From an uncultured Chloroflexia bacterium (GTDB lineage: Bacteria; Chloroflexota; Chloroflexia; QHBQ01; JADMIH01), in assembly GCA_963797095.1 (NCBI GenBank), contig CAWCNY010000005.1:608001-672000 (forward strand): DNA of 64,000 nt, in the 5' to 3' direction. Position 1 is the first letter of the stretch; every line of letters begins with the position of its first letter. The notes below the pieces were generated by a model. The model did not search any database, had not been told where the DNA came from, and saw nothing but the letters and a program-made list of their open reading frames with translations. Positions 41,029-51,056 of the stretch are shown here, in pieces. A program made the translations under genes and the position numbers.

Positions 41029-42438
41029 ATGAAAGAGCCTACTGCTAGCCTGATTATTCATTCGGCCTCCGAGCTTGTTACTTGCGCTTTGCCTTCTGCT
41101 AATTTGGAGGAACCTGCGCCTGCTCGTCCGGTGCCGGAGGTTGGGGGCCGGAAGGCGGAGGATGGAGGGCCGAGGCGAGGGTCTGAGCAGGGGGAGGCCG
41201 GGATCATCCATAACGGGGCGGTGGCGATCAGGCAGGGGCATATCCTGGCGGCCGGGGCGACCGAGGCGATTATGCCGAGGTATCGAGGGGAGGATACGCG
41301 CCTGATCGATGCTTCGGGGAAGACAGTGACGCCGGGGCTGGTGGACGCGCACACGCATTTGGTGTGGGCGGGGTGGCGTGACGAAGAGTATGAACTGCGA
41401 TTGAAGGGAGCCACCTACCTTGAGATTATGGAGGCTGGGGGCGGGATCATGTCGACGGTGAGGGCGACGCGGCTGGCGGATGAAGACGAGCTAAAGGAGC
41501 TTGTGCGAGAGCGGCTGATGAGGATGCTCGCGCATGGGACGACTACGGTTGAGATCAAGAGCGGGTATGGGCTGTCGGTTGAGGCAGAGTTGAAATCGCT
41601 GTGGGCTATACGGGACCTGAATATCGAGTTGCAGGAAGCGGGGACGGGACCGCGCATCGCTGCTACATTTTTGGGAGGGCACGCTGTGCCGGAGGAGTAC
41701 GCCGACAGTCCGGATGATTATGTCAACTTGATCGTTGAGAAGATGCTGCCTACTGTGGCACAGGAAGGATTGGCGGAGTGGTGCGATGTGTTCTGCGACG
41801 TAGGGGCGTTCAGCGCGGAGCAGACGCGGCGGATATTGCAGAGGGCCACGGAGTTGGGCTTGGGGGTGCGGCTGCATGCTAACGAGTTCGAGAGGATCGG
41901 GGCGGTGCAGGTGGCGGCGGAGTTCGGGGCGGTGTCGGCTGACCATTTGCTGGTTATGGAGGAGGAGGATATCAAGGCGCTAAGGGACGCGGGAACGGTA
42001 GCGGTGCTGCTGCCGGGCACGCCGCTTGGGTTGGGGTTGAAGAATTATGCCCCGGCAAGGGCGCTCATTGATGCGGGGGTGCCGGTGGCACTGGCAACGG
42101 ATTGCAATCCAGGGACGTGCCCATCGGAGAACCTGGCGCTGATGATCTCGCTGGCTTGCTCGCAGATGAGGATGACGCCCACCGAGGCGACTGTGGCAGC
42201 CACGATCAATAGTGCATATGCGTTGAACAGGGGGCATATTGTGGGGAGCCTCGAGCCGGGGAAGATGGCCGACCTGGTGATCTGGAACGCGCCCAATCAC
42301 CGGCATTTGGCGTATCATTTCGGGGTGAATTTGGCGGAAGCTGTATTTGTGGGTGGGGCGCAGGTCGGGGGTGGTTATTCGGAGACGGAGATCGAGGTCT
42401 ACGTGGAAGAAGAGGCGATAGAGCGATTCTTGTCTTGA
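41029..42438 (+). CDS. hutI: imidazolonepropionase
   Basis: PGLVDAHTHL, YLEI..AGGGI.STV.ATR, EIKSGYGL, DVFCD, ATDCNPG. Confidence 0.93.
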   Translation: MKEPTASLIIHSASELVTCALPSANLEEPAPARPVPEVGGRKAEDGGPRRGSEQGEAGIIHNGAVAIRQGHILAAGATEAIMPRYRGEDTRLIDASGKTVTPGLVDAHTHLVWAGWRDEEYELRLKGATYLEIMEAGGGIMSTVRATRLADEDELKELVRERLMRMLAHGTTTVEIKSGYGLSVEAELKSLWAIRDLNIELQEAGTGPRIAATFLGGHAVPEEYADSPDDYVNLIVEKMLPTVAQEGLAEWCDVFCDVGAFSAEQTRRILQRATELGLGVRLHANEFERIGAVQVAAEFGAVSADHLLVMEEEDIKALRDAGTVAVLLPGTPLGLGLKNYAPARALIDAGVPVALATDCNPGTCPSENLALMISLACSQMRMTPTEATVAATINSAYALNRGHIVGSLEPGKMADLVIWNAPNHRHLAYHFGVNLAEAVFVGGAQVGGGYSETEIEVYVEEEAIERFLS

Positions 42439-42539
42439 TATATGATTGGTCCACGGCACGCTAATTGCAATGTTATGCAATGAAGATTATGCCGATATAT
42501 CCCTGACGGGGCTGATATTTCGGGGCAATGGAGCCTACA

Positions 42540-43079
42540 ATGAGCAAGCGGAAGAAGACAATAGTTGTGGATGGGGCCAATCTCGCTTATGAAGAGATGA
42601 CGCAAGACCGCAAGCCGAAGGTCTCGAACATCAAGGCAGTGATGCAAAAGATCCGGGGGATGGGATTGCGTCCGATTGTGATCGTGGATGCGAGCCTGAT
42701 ACACGATGTTGATAAGCCGGACCAACTGGATGCAATGATCAACTCAGGGCAGATCAAGCAGGTGCCCGCAGGGACGAACGCCGATTACTTTATTCTGAAG
42801 ATCGCCAAAGAGCATAACGCGCAGATCGTGACCAATGACCAGTACAAGGATTTTGCAAAGCAGTTCCCGAAGATCGATGAGCGCAGAGTGCCCGCTATGA
42901 TCGTGGATGGTACGGTGGAGATATATGAGCCTGCGCTGAATGTAGCAGACAACGGCAATGGGCAGAACAACCACGACAGGCATGGCAGGGCGAACGCGCA
43001 CCATAGCAATAAAGATGGTGGTAAGCGTCAAGGTAAAAGACAGGTGAATAAAAAGGAGAGGGCAAAAAGCTCGCCATAG
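42540..43079 (+). CDS. NYN/PIN-like (Zc3h12a-like) ribonuclease with basic tail
   Basis: VVDGANLA, VDAS, ADYFIL, IVTNDQYKD. Confidence 0.8.
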   Translation: MSKRKKTIVVDGANLAYEEMTQDRKPKVSNIKAVMQKIRGMGLRPIVIVDASLIHDVDKPDQLDAMINSGQIKQVPAGTNADYFILKIAKEHNAQIVTNDQYKDFAKQFPKIDERRVPAMIVDGTVEIYEPALNVADNGNGQNNHDRHGRANAHHSNKDGGKRQGKRQVNKKERAKSSP

Positions 43080-43087
43080 GGAACGTA

Positions 43088-44152
43088 TTACGGCGCGCTG
43101 ACGCTGAGGGTAAAGGCGGGGCGAACCACGCCCACCACATCGCCGGGGCGATTGCGAACCTCTTCCAGCCAGTATCGTTCCAGCTTATTCAGGCTGTCTT
43201 CGTCCAGGAAGCCTCCCTGGCGCAATCCTTCTATTATGGCGGGATTGCGCGCGCGCTGGGAGGGGTCGCCATCGAGCAGTTTGAGGGCAAAACCGGCGGC
43301 GGCCTCGACCGGATCGCCCAATTGCGCCACGCAGTAGACGCCCTCGGCCCCGGCTTTGGCTACGATGCCATCGGCGGCACGCATGAGGTCGGTGTCGATG
43401 CGACCCCTGGTGGCGGCCACCATCTCAGGATAGGCGCGCATGGCGGCGGTGATCCTGCGGACGGCGGTACGGCGCGGTTCGGGCCAGTATTCGGGCTGGC
43501 CGAGGCGGGCGAAAGAGGATGCCATGCGATGCACGGAAATGCCGAAGGTGCAGACGCCGCAGCCGTCTACGCCAACGTGAACGTCGTTGGGGTGGAGGCC
43601 AGCGAAATCGGCGACGGTCTGGAGGATGGTTTGTTGAACGGGGTGGCGGGGGGATTCGTAGCCGCCGACGGGCCAGCCGTGGAAGCGGGCCAGGGCGAGC
43701 ATGCCAGCGTGTTTGCCTGAGCAGTTGTTGTGGAGGACGGTGGGGGGCTCGCCGCGCTCTTGCAATTCGCGCGAAGCCTCTTTGTCGAGGGGAAAGTGGA
43801 CGCCACAGGCGAGGGCGTCGGGGGTGAGGCCTATTTTGGAGAGAATTCTGGATACGACTTCGACATGGATGTCTTCGCCGCCATGGGAGCCGCAGATGAT
43901 GGCGATCTCCTGTTCGGTGAGGCCGAAGTGGTCGGCAGCGCCACTTTCGACGAGGGGCACGGCCTGGATGGGCTTGGAGGAGGAGCGGTAGTAGGCAAGG
44001 GTGCCGGGGTTGCCCGCCCAGGCGAGTAGCTCGTTTTCGACGTTACAAATGGCGATGGCTCCAAAGTGGACCGATTCGATCATTGGGCCACGGGTTACTT
44101 CTACGAGGATGGCGGGGCTGCGTTCGGGGTTGTGTTTGGGGTCTGTTGTCAT
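43088..44152 (-). CDS. L-asparaginase II (Rhizobium AnsA type)
   Basis: RSSSKPIQA, SHGGE, NCSGKHAGM, DGCG, KAGAEGV. Confidence 0.9.
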   Translation of the reverse strand: MTTDPKHNPERSPAILVEVTRGPMIESVHFGAIAICNVENELLAWAGNPGTLAYYRSSSKPIQAVPLVESGAADHFGLTEQEIAIICGSHGGEDIHVEVVSRILSKIGLTPDALACGVHFPLDKEASRELQERGEPPTVLHNNCSGKHAGMLALARFHGWPVGGYESPRHPVQQTILQTVADFAGLHPNDVHVGVDGCGVCTFGISVHRMASSFARLGQPEYWPEPRRTAVRRITAAMRAYPEMVAATRGRIDTDLMRAADGIVAKAGAEGVYCVAQLGDPVEAAAGFALKLLDGDPSQRARNPAIIEGLRQGGFLDEDSLNKLERYWLEEVRNRPGDVVGVVRPAFTLSVSAP

Positions 44153-44191
44153 GGGGGTCTCGTGATACGTGATACGTGGGGTCGTTAGTTG

Positions 44192-44926
44192 CTAGTTCCT
44201 GGTTCCTGGTTCCTGGTTGTTGGTAGTCGGAGGTCGGTAGTTGGAGGGATGGGTTGGTTGTTGGGGATTGGGTAGTTTTAGGGTTATTGAGAGGCCGTCG
44301 CGCAGGGGGATTATTGTGGTTGTCAGGCGGGGGTGGTTGGAGACTGCTTTGTTGAAGGCGGCTATGCCCTGGGTGGAGGGGGAGGGGTTCTGGGGGTCCA
44401 GGACGCCGCCTGAGCGGATGGCGTTGTCGGATAGGAGGAGGCCACCAGGGCGGAGACGGCGGAGGCAGCGGTCGAGCATATGGAGGGCGGTGTCGGGTTT
44501 GTCGAACTGGGTGAGGATGTCGAGGAAGATTAGGTCAAAGCTCTCTTCCATGCCGTTCATGAGGACCAGGGCGTCGCCACGGCGGACGGCGCAGGTGCTG
44601 GAGAGATCGGCCTGGCGGAAGTAGGCTTCGGCCCAGGAGGCGCGGGCGTCGTCTTTTTCCAGGGTGACTACGCGGCCTTCGTTTTGGCGGGCGGCGAGGG
44701 CTAACCAGAAGGCGGAATAGCCGATGGCGGTGCCGACATCGAGGATGTCTTTGGCGCGAGTGGAGAGGGCGAGGGTGTAGAGGAAGTGGCCCTCAATAGG
44801 GCCTATGATGGGGACGTTTTCACGCTCGGCGTGGGCTTCCATGTCGGCCAGGACGCCCTGGCGGGCAGGGATCAATGATAGTAGGTATTCTTCTACTCTG
44901 GGGTCTGTTATTCCGAAGTGTTTCAT
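44192..44926 (-). CDS. O-methyltransferase (TrmR/COMT-like); tail encoded by heptamer repeats
   Basis: VPII, DVGTAIGYS, FDLIFLD, LRPGGLLLSDN, RDGL. Confidence 0.88.
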   Translation of the reverse strand: MKHFGITDPRVEEYLLSLIPARQGVLADMEAHAERENVPIIGPIEGHFLYTLALSTRAKDILDVGTAIGYSAFWLALAARQNEGRVVTLEKDDARASWAEAYFRQADLSSTCAVRRGDALVLMNGMEESFDLIFLDILTQFDKPDTALHMLDRCLRRLRPGGLLLSDNAIRSGGVLDPQNPSPSTQGIAAFNKAVSNHPRLTTTIIPLRDGLSITLKLPNPQQPTHPSNYRPPTTNNQEPGTRN

Positions 44927-44970
44927 TTTTTGTGTTCTCTTTTTGTTTCTTACAGGTTGGGGTAGGAGAG

Positions 44971-45307
44971 ACCCCTCACCCCCGGCACCTCTCCCCTATC
45001 AGGGGAGAGGGGAGTTAATAAAGAGAAGAAGTAGAGTTGAGGGGACGCCCCCCAAACCCCCTGTCAGGGGAGTACCCCTGCACCCCCTTCTGCTGTGTGT
45101 TAGGGAAGAGGCGACACCCCCAATCCCCCTGTCAGGGGAGAACCTCTTCGCTCCCACTTTTGCCGGATAAGCGAGGAAAGAATTGGGGGAACACCTCCCG
45201 AACAGCCTGACAGGCTGTTTCGCCTGCACCCCCTTTGTGGTTGGGTGGTAGAGGAAGGGTTGGGGATACCCTAAGCCCCGCAGGCGACTTCATCGCCGCA
45301 CCCCTTT
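44971..45307. repeat. composite dispersed repeat A+B array, copy 5
   Basis: A hairpin followed by up to four B-like modules. Confidence 0.82.
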
Positions 45308-45374
45308 TGTGCCTGGATAGTGTAGGGAGATGAAGGCACGCATAACCCTCGGTAAGCGGTTTCGGTTGCGCTCT

Positions 45375-45839
45375 TTATTCTTCATGCTCGTGGCCGAAGA
45401 CGGCTTTGTAGTCTTGTTGGATTTCCCAGGCTTCGTTGAAGCGGGGTGTGGGTTTGCCTTCTTGTTGGGTCCATTGATGAAGGCAGCGGGTGCACCGGTA
45501 GGTGAAGATGCGGACTGCATGGGTTTCCCTGGAAACGCGATGGGCAGTCCAGGCAGCGATGATCGTCAGGGATAGTATACCAGCCGTGATAAGTATTAAC
45601 CATGTTGAATCTGGACCGAAAAGCCAGGTAACCCCCAGGTAAGACACGAGTACAGATGCGACGAAGATCGTGCCTGTGACCTGTGCATCTAGAGCGCCCA
45701 TCTGACGATAGGTTTTGCCGGTGCGGAGGTCACGCCAAAGCATCCCCACGTAGTTTCCGAATGCGCCGCAATTGGGGCATTGGGTGGGCGATAGCTGGCT
45801 AGGGTGGGCAGAGGCAGGGGGTTGAGGCCAGAGTTTCAT
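45375..45839 (-). CDS. hypothetical 2-TM protein with split CxxC/CxxC motif
   Basis: CPNC..TMs..CTRC; ATGA-coupled to the DUF1786 gene. Confidence 0.6.
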   Translation of the reverse strand: MKLWPQPPASAHPSQLSPTQCPNCGAFGNYVGMLWRDLRTGKTYRQMGALDAQVTGTIFVASVLVSYLGVTWLFGPDSTWLILITAGILSLTIIAAWTAHRVSRETHAVRIFTYRCTRCLHQWTQQEGKPTPRFNEAWEIQQDYKAVFGHEHEE

Positions 45840-47005
45840 TTGGGAGCGTCCAACCGGGATTGGATGTCGGGGGCGTGCTGGGGGAAGTGGACGGCGAAGG
45901 CGCGGAGGAGGCCATAGCAGCCGGAGAGCATCATGTCGCCGTGGGGGACGGCCATGTAGACGGGCCAGGGAGTGGGTATGCCTGAGAGCATGGAGCGGCG
46001 GGGGCCTGTTACCATGCAGAGGGTGGGTTCGGATGTTGGGGCGATGGTGTCATCGTGGGGGAGGGTGAGAGCGCCGTGACCGCTGGTGTCGAAGATTTCG
46101 GCGTTGGTGAGGCTGCCGGCGGCGAGGGAGCGGAGGAAGCTGACCAGGCGAGGGGCGTCGATTTCGCCTGTGTGATGCTCGAAGAGGGCGCGAATGCGGT
46201 TGCCTACTATGTGGAAGGCGAGGACATGGAAGTTGCCTACATTGACGAAGAGGGCGTCGCCCTGCGCGGCTTCGCGGACGATGGGGTCGCCGAGAGCGCC
46301 GAGGAGGGCGGCGGGGCCAGTGTCCATTAGGAGTAGGAGGGGGTGGGCGCGGTCGGATTGGGCGATGGTGGAGGCTACGGCCTGGAGACGGGTGAGGTCG
46401 GGGTGGACTTGAGCGGAGGGGGAGGCGAAGGCGGCGAGAGCCTGGGAGATGGGCTTGTCGCCCCAGGTTTGTAGCTGATGGGATATGTAGTCGAAGCGGA
46501 AACGGCGGTCGCTGTAGCCGGGTGGGGCGTTGCCGTGGTCGAAGACGGCTACGGCGAGGGCATCGTATTGGGTGGGTTCGTGGAAGCCTGATAGGGCAGA
46601 GTGGATGGAGTGGAGGGTTACATCCTCCATTGTTATGAGGGTAGAGCGGCTGGGGCCGAGGTCGTGGTGGAGGGATTGGAGGGCGTCGGGGGGGATTATC
46701 TGGATGCCCATTGCTTCCACGCGGGAGAGGTCGTCGTCGAAGGTGCGGGCGGCGTCGGGGACGGCGTAGACGGGGAGGTTGGCGCGCAGGTGGTCTTCGA
46801 CGGCCCATGCTCCGGGGCCACCGCCCATTGTGACGCCGGTGAGAAGGAGGGTGTGGGATCTGGCGGTGGCTTCGCGGACGCGGCGGGCGACGATCTGGGT
46901 GGGGGAAGGCATGATCATCTGCACGCAGTTTTCGATCTCGGTGGAGGAGTCGAAGAGGAGGATGTCCTGGGTGCCGGTGCCTACGTCAATGGTGAGGATT
47001 CGCAT
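45836..47005 (-). CDS. DUF1786 family protein (actin-like fold)
   Basis: IDVGTGTQDIL, MGGGP, DHG.AP..SDR.FRF, NVGNFH, FEHHT, GDMMLSGC. Confidence 0.82.
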   Translation of the reverse strand: MRILTIDVGTGTQDILLFDSSTEIENCVQMIMPSPTQIVARRVREATARSHTLLLTGVTMGGGPGAWAVEDHLRANLPVYAVPDAARTFDDDLSRVEAMGIQIIPPDALQSLHHDLGPSRSTLITMEDVTLHSIHSALSGFHEPTQYDALAVAVFDHGNAPPGYSDRRFRFDYISHQLQTWGDKPISQALAAFASPSAQVHPDLTRLQAVASTIAQSDRAHPLLLLMDTGPAALLGALGDPIVREAAQGDALFVNVGNFHVLAFHIVGNRIRALFEHHTGEIDAPRLVSFLRSLAAGSLTNAEIFDTSGHGALTLPHDDTIAPTSEPTLCMVTGPRRSMLSGIPTPWPVYMAVPHGDMMLSGCYGLLRAFAVHFPQHAPDIQSRLDAPK

Positions 47006-47035
47006 GGGTAGTGGGTAATAGGATCTTTGTTAAGG

Positions 47036-47190
47036 GTCTGTGCTTTTTGGCGTGGTGTGCTTCCAAAGGGTGATCTTAGCGAGCGAGATCCTTCACTTCG
47101 TTCAGGATGACAACCTCTTTGTTGGTTCGTTTCTTGCCACAATTTCGTTAGCGAAGTACTCAGGAAGACAAGTTCTGAGTCAGGATGACA
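47036..47190. repeat. dispersed repeat C, copy 2, plus an extra TCAGGATGACA end
   Basis: GAGCGAGATCCTTCACTTCGTTCAGGATGACA...TTTCGTTAGC. Confidence 0.8.
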
Positions 47191-47234
47191 GGCCCTGAGG
47201 TGGGATGGTTGTAGATTATTCTTGCCGGATACCG

Positions 47235-48128
47235 TTAGCTGCCGGCGAGGACTTCTACTTGCTCGCCTACCAGACGCCAGACTATGGGGCGCATCTGGTC
47301 GGGGTCGGCGCTGGTGTAGACCGTGAGGGTGCCTTTGCGGTCTTGTGGGTAGAGGAGGCCGCGCGAGGCTAGGACGCGGGCGGTCTGGCGGGAGACGCCT
47401 TCTCCGGAGTCGATGAGGAGGATGGTGTCGCCCACTACTTTGCGAACAAGAGGGGCGAGGAAGGGGTAGTGGGTACAGCCGAAAACGATGGCATCGACGT
47501 TGTGTTCGAGCATGGGGGCTAGGAAGCGGCGAACTGAGGCTTCGGTCTGGGGAGTATCGAGGTCGCCGCGCTCTACGGCCTCTACCCAGCCTTCGGGGGC
47601 TACTTTGATCACCTGGACGCCTGCGGGGTTGGCGAAGCGGTCGATTACGTCGGTGAGGAGGCGGCCACGGATGGCGGCTTTGGTGGCTAGGACGCCTACG
47701 ACGCCTGTGCGGGTTAGCTCGACGGCGGGCTTGACGGCGGGGACGAGGCCCACTATGGGGAGGGGGTAGGTGGCGCGTAGGTGTTCGAGGCCGGCTGCGG
47801 AGGCAGCGTTGCAGGCGACTACAACGGTCTTGGCGGCGCGCTCCATGAGGAAGGCGGTGATCCAGGCGGAACGGTCGCGGAGCCATTCGTCGGGACGACC
47901 GCCGTAGGGGCAGTTGCCGCTGTCGGCATAGTAGACGATGTCTTCGTGGGGGAGGAGCTGGCGCAGCTCATTGATGATGGAGAGGCCGCCCACGCCGGAG
48001 TCGAATGCGGCGAGCGGACAGAGCGCAGCCAGAGAGGCGAATGGGTAGGGGTTATGCTGGGCGGAACCTTCGAGTTCGCCAGGGCCTACGGCGTTTTCGA
48101 TTGAGTTGGGCATGTATGCCACGGCCAT
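47235..48128 (-). CDS. murI: glutamate racemase
   Basis: FDSGVGGLS, PYGGR, VACNAAS, GCTHYP; start 48128 or 48113. Confidence 0.93.
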   Translation of the reverse strand: MAVAYMPNSIENAVGPGELEGSAQHNPYPFASLAALCPLAAFDSGVGGLSIINELRQLLPHEDIVYYADSGNCPYGGRPDEWLRDRSAWITAFLMERAAKTVVVACNAASAAGLEHLRATYPLPIVGLVPAVKPAVELTRTGVVGVLATKAAIRGRLLTDVIDRFANPAGVQVIKVAPEGWVEAVERGDLDTPQTEASVRRFLAPMLEHNVDAIVFGCTHYPFLAPLVRKVVGDTILLIDSGEGVSRQTARVLASRGLLYPQDRKGTLTVYTSADPDQMRPIVWRLVGEQVEVLAGS

Positions 48129-48153
48129 GGGGGATTGTCCTGTGTATGGGGTT

Positions 48154-48182
48154 AGTATCTTATGGTGGGAGGCGCTTGTCAA
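48154..48182 (-). promoter_or_regulatory. murI promoter TTGACA-N17-GATACT
   Basis: Reverse-complement read with a 17-nt spacer. Confidence 0.6.
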
Positions 48183-48393
48183 GCGCGAGGCTGTCTTTGG
48201 GTTGAAGCAAAGATGGCTTCTGATACTTTAGGACTGGTACGCCCACCACGACCCCACCCTAAGTCCCTCCCCAGAGTGGGGAGGGACTTTCAAAATAAAG
48301 CAAAAATCGGTCGATCTTTTCTTTATTATGATCCAGATTGGGGTTCGCCAGGTGTAGGAGCGGAATGCAGGGCATTGCCGACATCCCCAGTGG

Positions 48394-49689
48394 TTAGGGT
48401 AGGAGACGGACACCCTCGAACAGGCGGCTTACGTCGAAGAAGGTGATTATCGCCATGAGTGCCAGGAGGACCACCATGCCTGCGAAGTGGACCATGCCTT
48501 CTTTTTCGGGGGCTATCTTGCGGCCACCTCTTAGAAGCTCGATGATGATGAAGAGGAGGCGGCCACCGTCGAGGGCGGGGAGGGGAAGCAGGTTGATCAT
48601 AAAGAGGGAGATGCCGAGGAGGGCGGTGAGGTTGAGGAGGCCGTTGATGCCTGCTTCCTGGGCTACTTCACCGGTCAATTGGCTGATACCTACTATGGAA
48701 GTAACGCCAGGGCCATCGGACTGGCCTGAGAGGGCCTGGGCTATGCCAGCGGGTATGCTGGCGATGACATCCCAGGTGTTCTGGAGAGCGCGGCCCAGGG
48801 CTTCGCCGGGGCTGTAGTATACGGTGCGGATAGGCTCGTAGGTGCCGAAGTCGTAGCGCCCGCCACTGCTATTCACGGTAATCGTGTGCTGTGCTCCGGC
48901 ACGCTGGATTATGAGTTGGACAGGCCCATCGCTGGAAGTGATCAGATATTGGGCTTTGATGTTGTTGTCCACGGGCTGGCCGTTGACAGACAGGATCTCG
49001 TCACCGTTCTGCAGACCCGCTTCGGCGGCTGCGCTGCCATCGCGCACGCTGTCAACTATGGCGGGGGAATACCAGGCGTAAAGGCCAACACCCAGGTAGG
49101 GGGAGGTGGTGTTGGGGGTAATGGTGAGGTTTACTTCCTGGCCGTCGCGCAGGACAGTGTAGACAGTGGGCTTGCCACCATTCTGGTTGCTGAGAGTGCG
49201 AATATCGTCGTCGGAGGCGACGGGCTGACCGGCGATCTTGATGATTTTGTCGCCTACCTGCATACCGGCAACGCCAGCGGGTGCAGTTTCCGTGACAGAT
49301 ACTATACCTGTCAGGGGGGCAAGGTTGGTGTTTATCTCCTGGGTGCCTGAGATAGCCATGCCCGCGAAGATGACGAGGGCCAGGAGGAGGTTCATGGTGG
49401 AACCTGCTGCAAGCACGATGATGCGCTTCCAGGCGGGGGCCATACCGAACGAGCGGGGATCATCGGAGTCGCCGTTTTCGCCGGTGATCTTGACGAAGCC
49501 GCCGATGGGCAGCAGATTCAGGGAATAGTCAATGCCCTTACGACGGATGGCGAAGATGCGCGGCGGGAAGCCTATGCCGAATTCCTCGACTTTGATGCCG
49601 AGCCATATCGCGGTGAAAAAGTGCCCCATCTCGTGAACTATGATCAATATACCGAGTACAGGGACTACCCATAGCCAACTGAAATCCAT
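48394..49689 (-). CDS. rseP: RIP metalloprotease RseP (M50, two PDZ domains)
   Basis: HEMGH, NLLPIGGFV, NLLPLPALDGG; position after dxr. Confidence 0.92.
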   Translation of the reverse strand: MDFSWLWVVPVLGILIIVHEMGHFFTAIWLGIKVEEFGIGFPPRIFAIRRKGIDYSLNLLPIGGFVKITGENGDSDDPRSFGMAPAWKRIIVLAAGSTMNLLLALVIFAGMAISGTQEINTNLAPLTGIVSVTETAPAGVAGMQVGDKIIKIAGQPVASDDDIRTLSNQNGGKPTVYTVLRDGQEVNLTITPNTTSPYLGVGLYAWYSPAIVDSVRDGSAAAEAGLQNGDEILSVNGQPVDNNIKAQYLITSSDGPVQLIIQRAGAQHTITVNSSGGRYDFGTYEPIRTVYYSPGEALGRALQNTWDVIASIPAGIAQALSGQSDGPGVTSIVGISQLTGEVAQEAGINGLLNLTALLGISLFMINLLPLPALDGGRLLFIIIELLRGGRKIAPEKEGMVHFAGMVVLLALMAIITFFDVSRLFEGVRLLP

Positions 49690-49721
49690 TCTTCTAACTC
49701 CGAGGGTGAGGGAAACGTGAC

Positions 49722-49791
49722 TATTTCGTACTGCCTACTGCCTACTGCGTATTGCTTACTTCGTACTACTTAACTCGTCACCTGTCACGTT
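49722..49791. repeat. degenerate heptamer array (TACTGCC-type), ~10 units
   Basis: tatttcg tactgcc tactgcc tactgcg tattgct tacttcg tactact... Confidence 0.75.
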
Positions 49792-50999
49792 TCATTTATC
49801 ATTTCTTGGGCCTTCTGCCTTGCCCAGTCGTCGGCCCACTTGATGTCTTGTATGTCGGGATGGGGAATGGCGGTTCCAACATGATTTTCGAGCACTTTCT
49901 CTATTATACCAGGAATTTGCCCGAAGCGGATTTCTTCGCGTAGGAAGGAGGCGACGGCTATTTCGTCGGCGGCAGCCATTACGGTGGGGTAGGTGCCACC
50001 TTTGCGCCCGGCCTCGAAGGCGAGGTCGAGGCAAGGGAAGCGGGGGCGGTCGACCGCTTCGAAGTGGAGCGCGCCGAGCGCGGGCCAATCGGCGCGGGGG
50101 TGGGCGGGATTGGGGTAGCGCTGGGGGTGGGTGAGGGCATACTGGATGGGGACGCGCATATCAGGGATGCCTAGCTGGGCTTTGGCTGAGCCGTCTACGA
50201 AGCGCACCATCGAGTGGATAATGCTTTCGGGGTGGACTATCACCTCTATGTCGTCGAAGGGGACGCCGAAGAGCCAGTGGGCTTCGATCACTTCCAGGCC
50301 CTTGTTCATGAGGGTGGCGGAGTCGATGGTGACTTTAGCGCCCATGTTCCAGGTGGGGTGATTGAGGGCCTGGCGGGGTGTGGCGTTGTAGGTGCTCTGG
50401 AGATCCCACTTGCGGAAGGGGCCGCCCGATGCGGTGAGGACGACTTTCTCGATGCAGTCCCAGGCACCGGAGACGCCACGAGTGTCTTCGCGGCGGGGGG
50501 CTTCGGGCTCGCCAACGAGGCACTGCCAGATGGCGCTGTGCTCGCTGTCGATCGGGCGGATGCGGATGCCTTTCTCGCGGGCGAGGGAGGTGACGATGGT
50601 GCCAGCCATCACGAGGGCTTCTTTGTTGGCGAGGGCGATCTGCTTGCCAGCGCCGAGGGCGGCGAGAGTGGGGGCGAAGCCCGCGTGGCCGGTGGTGGCG
50701 ACCACCACCATGTCTACTTCGGGGTGGGTAGCGAGTTCGACCATGCCGGATTCGCCTGAGAGGATGCGAGAGTCGTTGCGGGCGGCTTGTTCTTCGGCGA
50801 GGGCGAGGAGGAGGGGAGGTTGTGGGAGGGAGGCGGCTTGCTTCAGGAGGGCGCCGCGGTCGCGGCCCGCGCCGAGGGCGACCACCTGGAAATGGTCCGG
50901 GAGGCGGCTGACTACGTCGAGGGTCTGGGTGCCGATGGAGCCGGTTGAGCCGAGGATGGCAATACGGATTTTGGATTTTGGATTTTGGATTTTGGACAT
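49785..50999 (-). CDS. dxr: 1-deoxy-D-xylulose-5-phosphate reductoisomerase
   Basis: LGSTGSIGTQTL, ALANKE, PIDSEHSA, TASGGPF, HPTWNMG.K.TIDSATLMNKGLE. Confidence 0.97.
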   Translation of the reverse strand: MSKIQNPKSKIRIAILGSTGSIGTQTLDVVSRLPDHFQVVALGAGRDRGALLKQAASLPQPPLLLALAEEQAARNDSRILSGESGMVELATHPEVDMVVVATTGHAGFAPTLAALGAGKQIALANKEALVMAGTIVTSLAREKGIRIRPIDSEHSAIWQCLVGEPEAPRREDTRGVSGAWDCIEKVVLTASGGPFRKWDLQSTYNATPRQALNHPTWNMGAKVTIDSATLMNKGLEVIEAHWLFGVPFDDIEVIVHPESIIHSMVRFVDGSAKAQLGIPDMRVPIQYALTHPQRYPNPAHPRADWPALGALHFEAVDRPRFPCLDLAFEAGRKGGTYPTVMAAADEIAVASFLREEIRFGQIPGIIEKVLENHVGTAIPHPDIQDIKWADDWARQKAQEMINET

Positions 51000-51056
51000 T
51001 CGAAGTGTAATTCAGGGAACCACAGAGGCACTGAGGCACTGAGGTTCTTTTGGGTT

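Noticed and set aside
48129-48182. TTG start of murI at 48182
   Set aside because: It coincides with a TTGACA -35 box; a downstream ATG is preferred.
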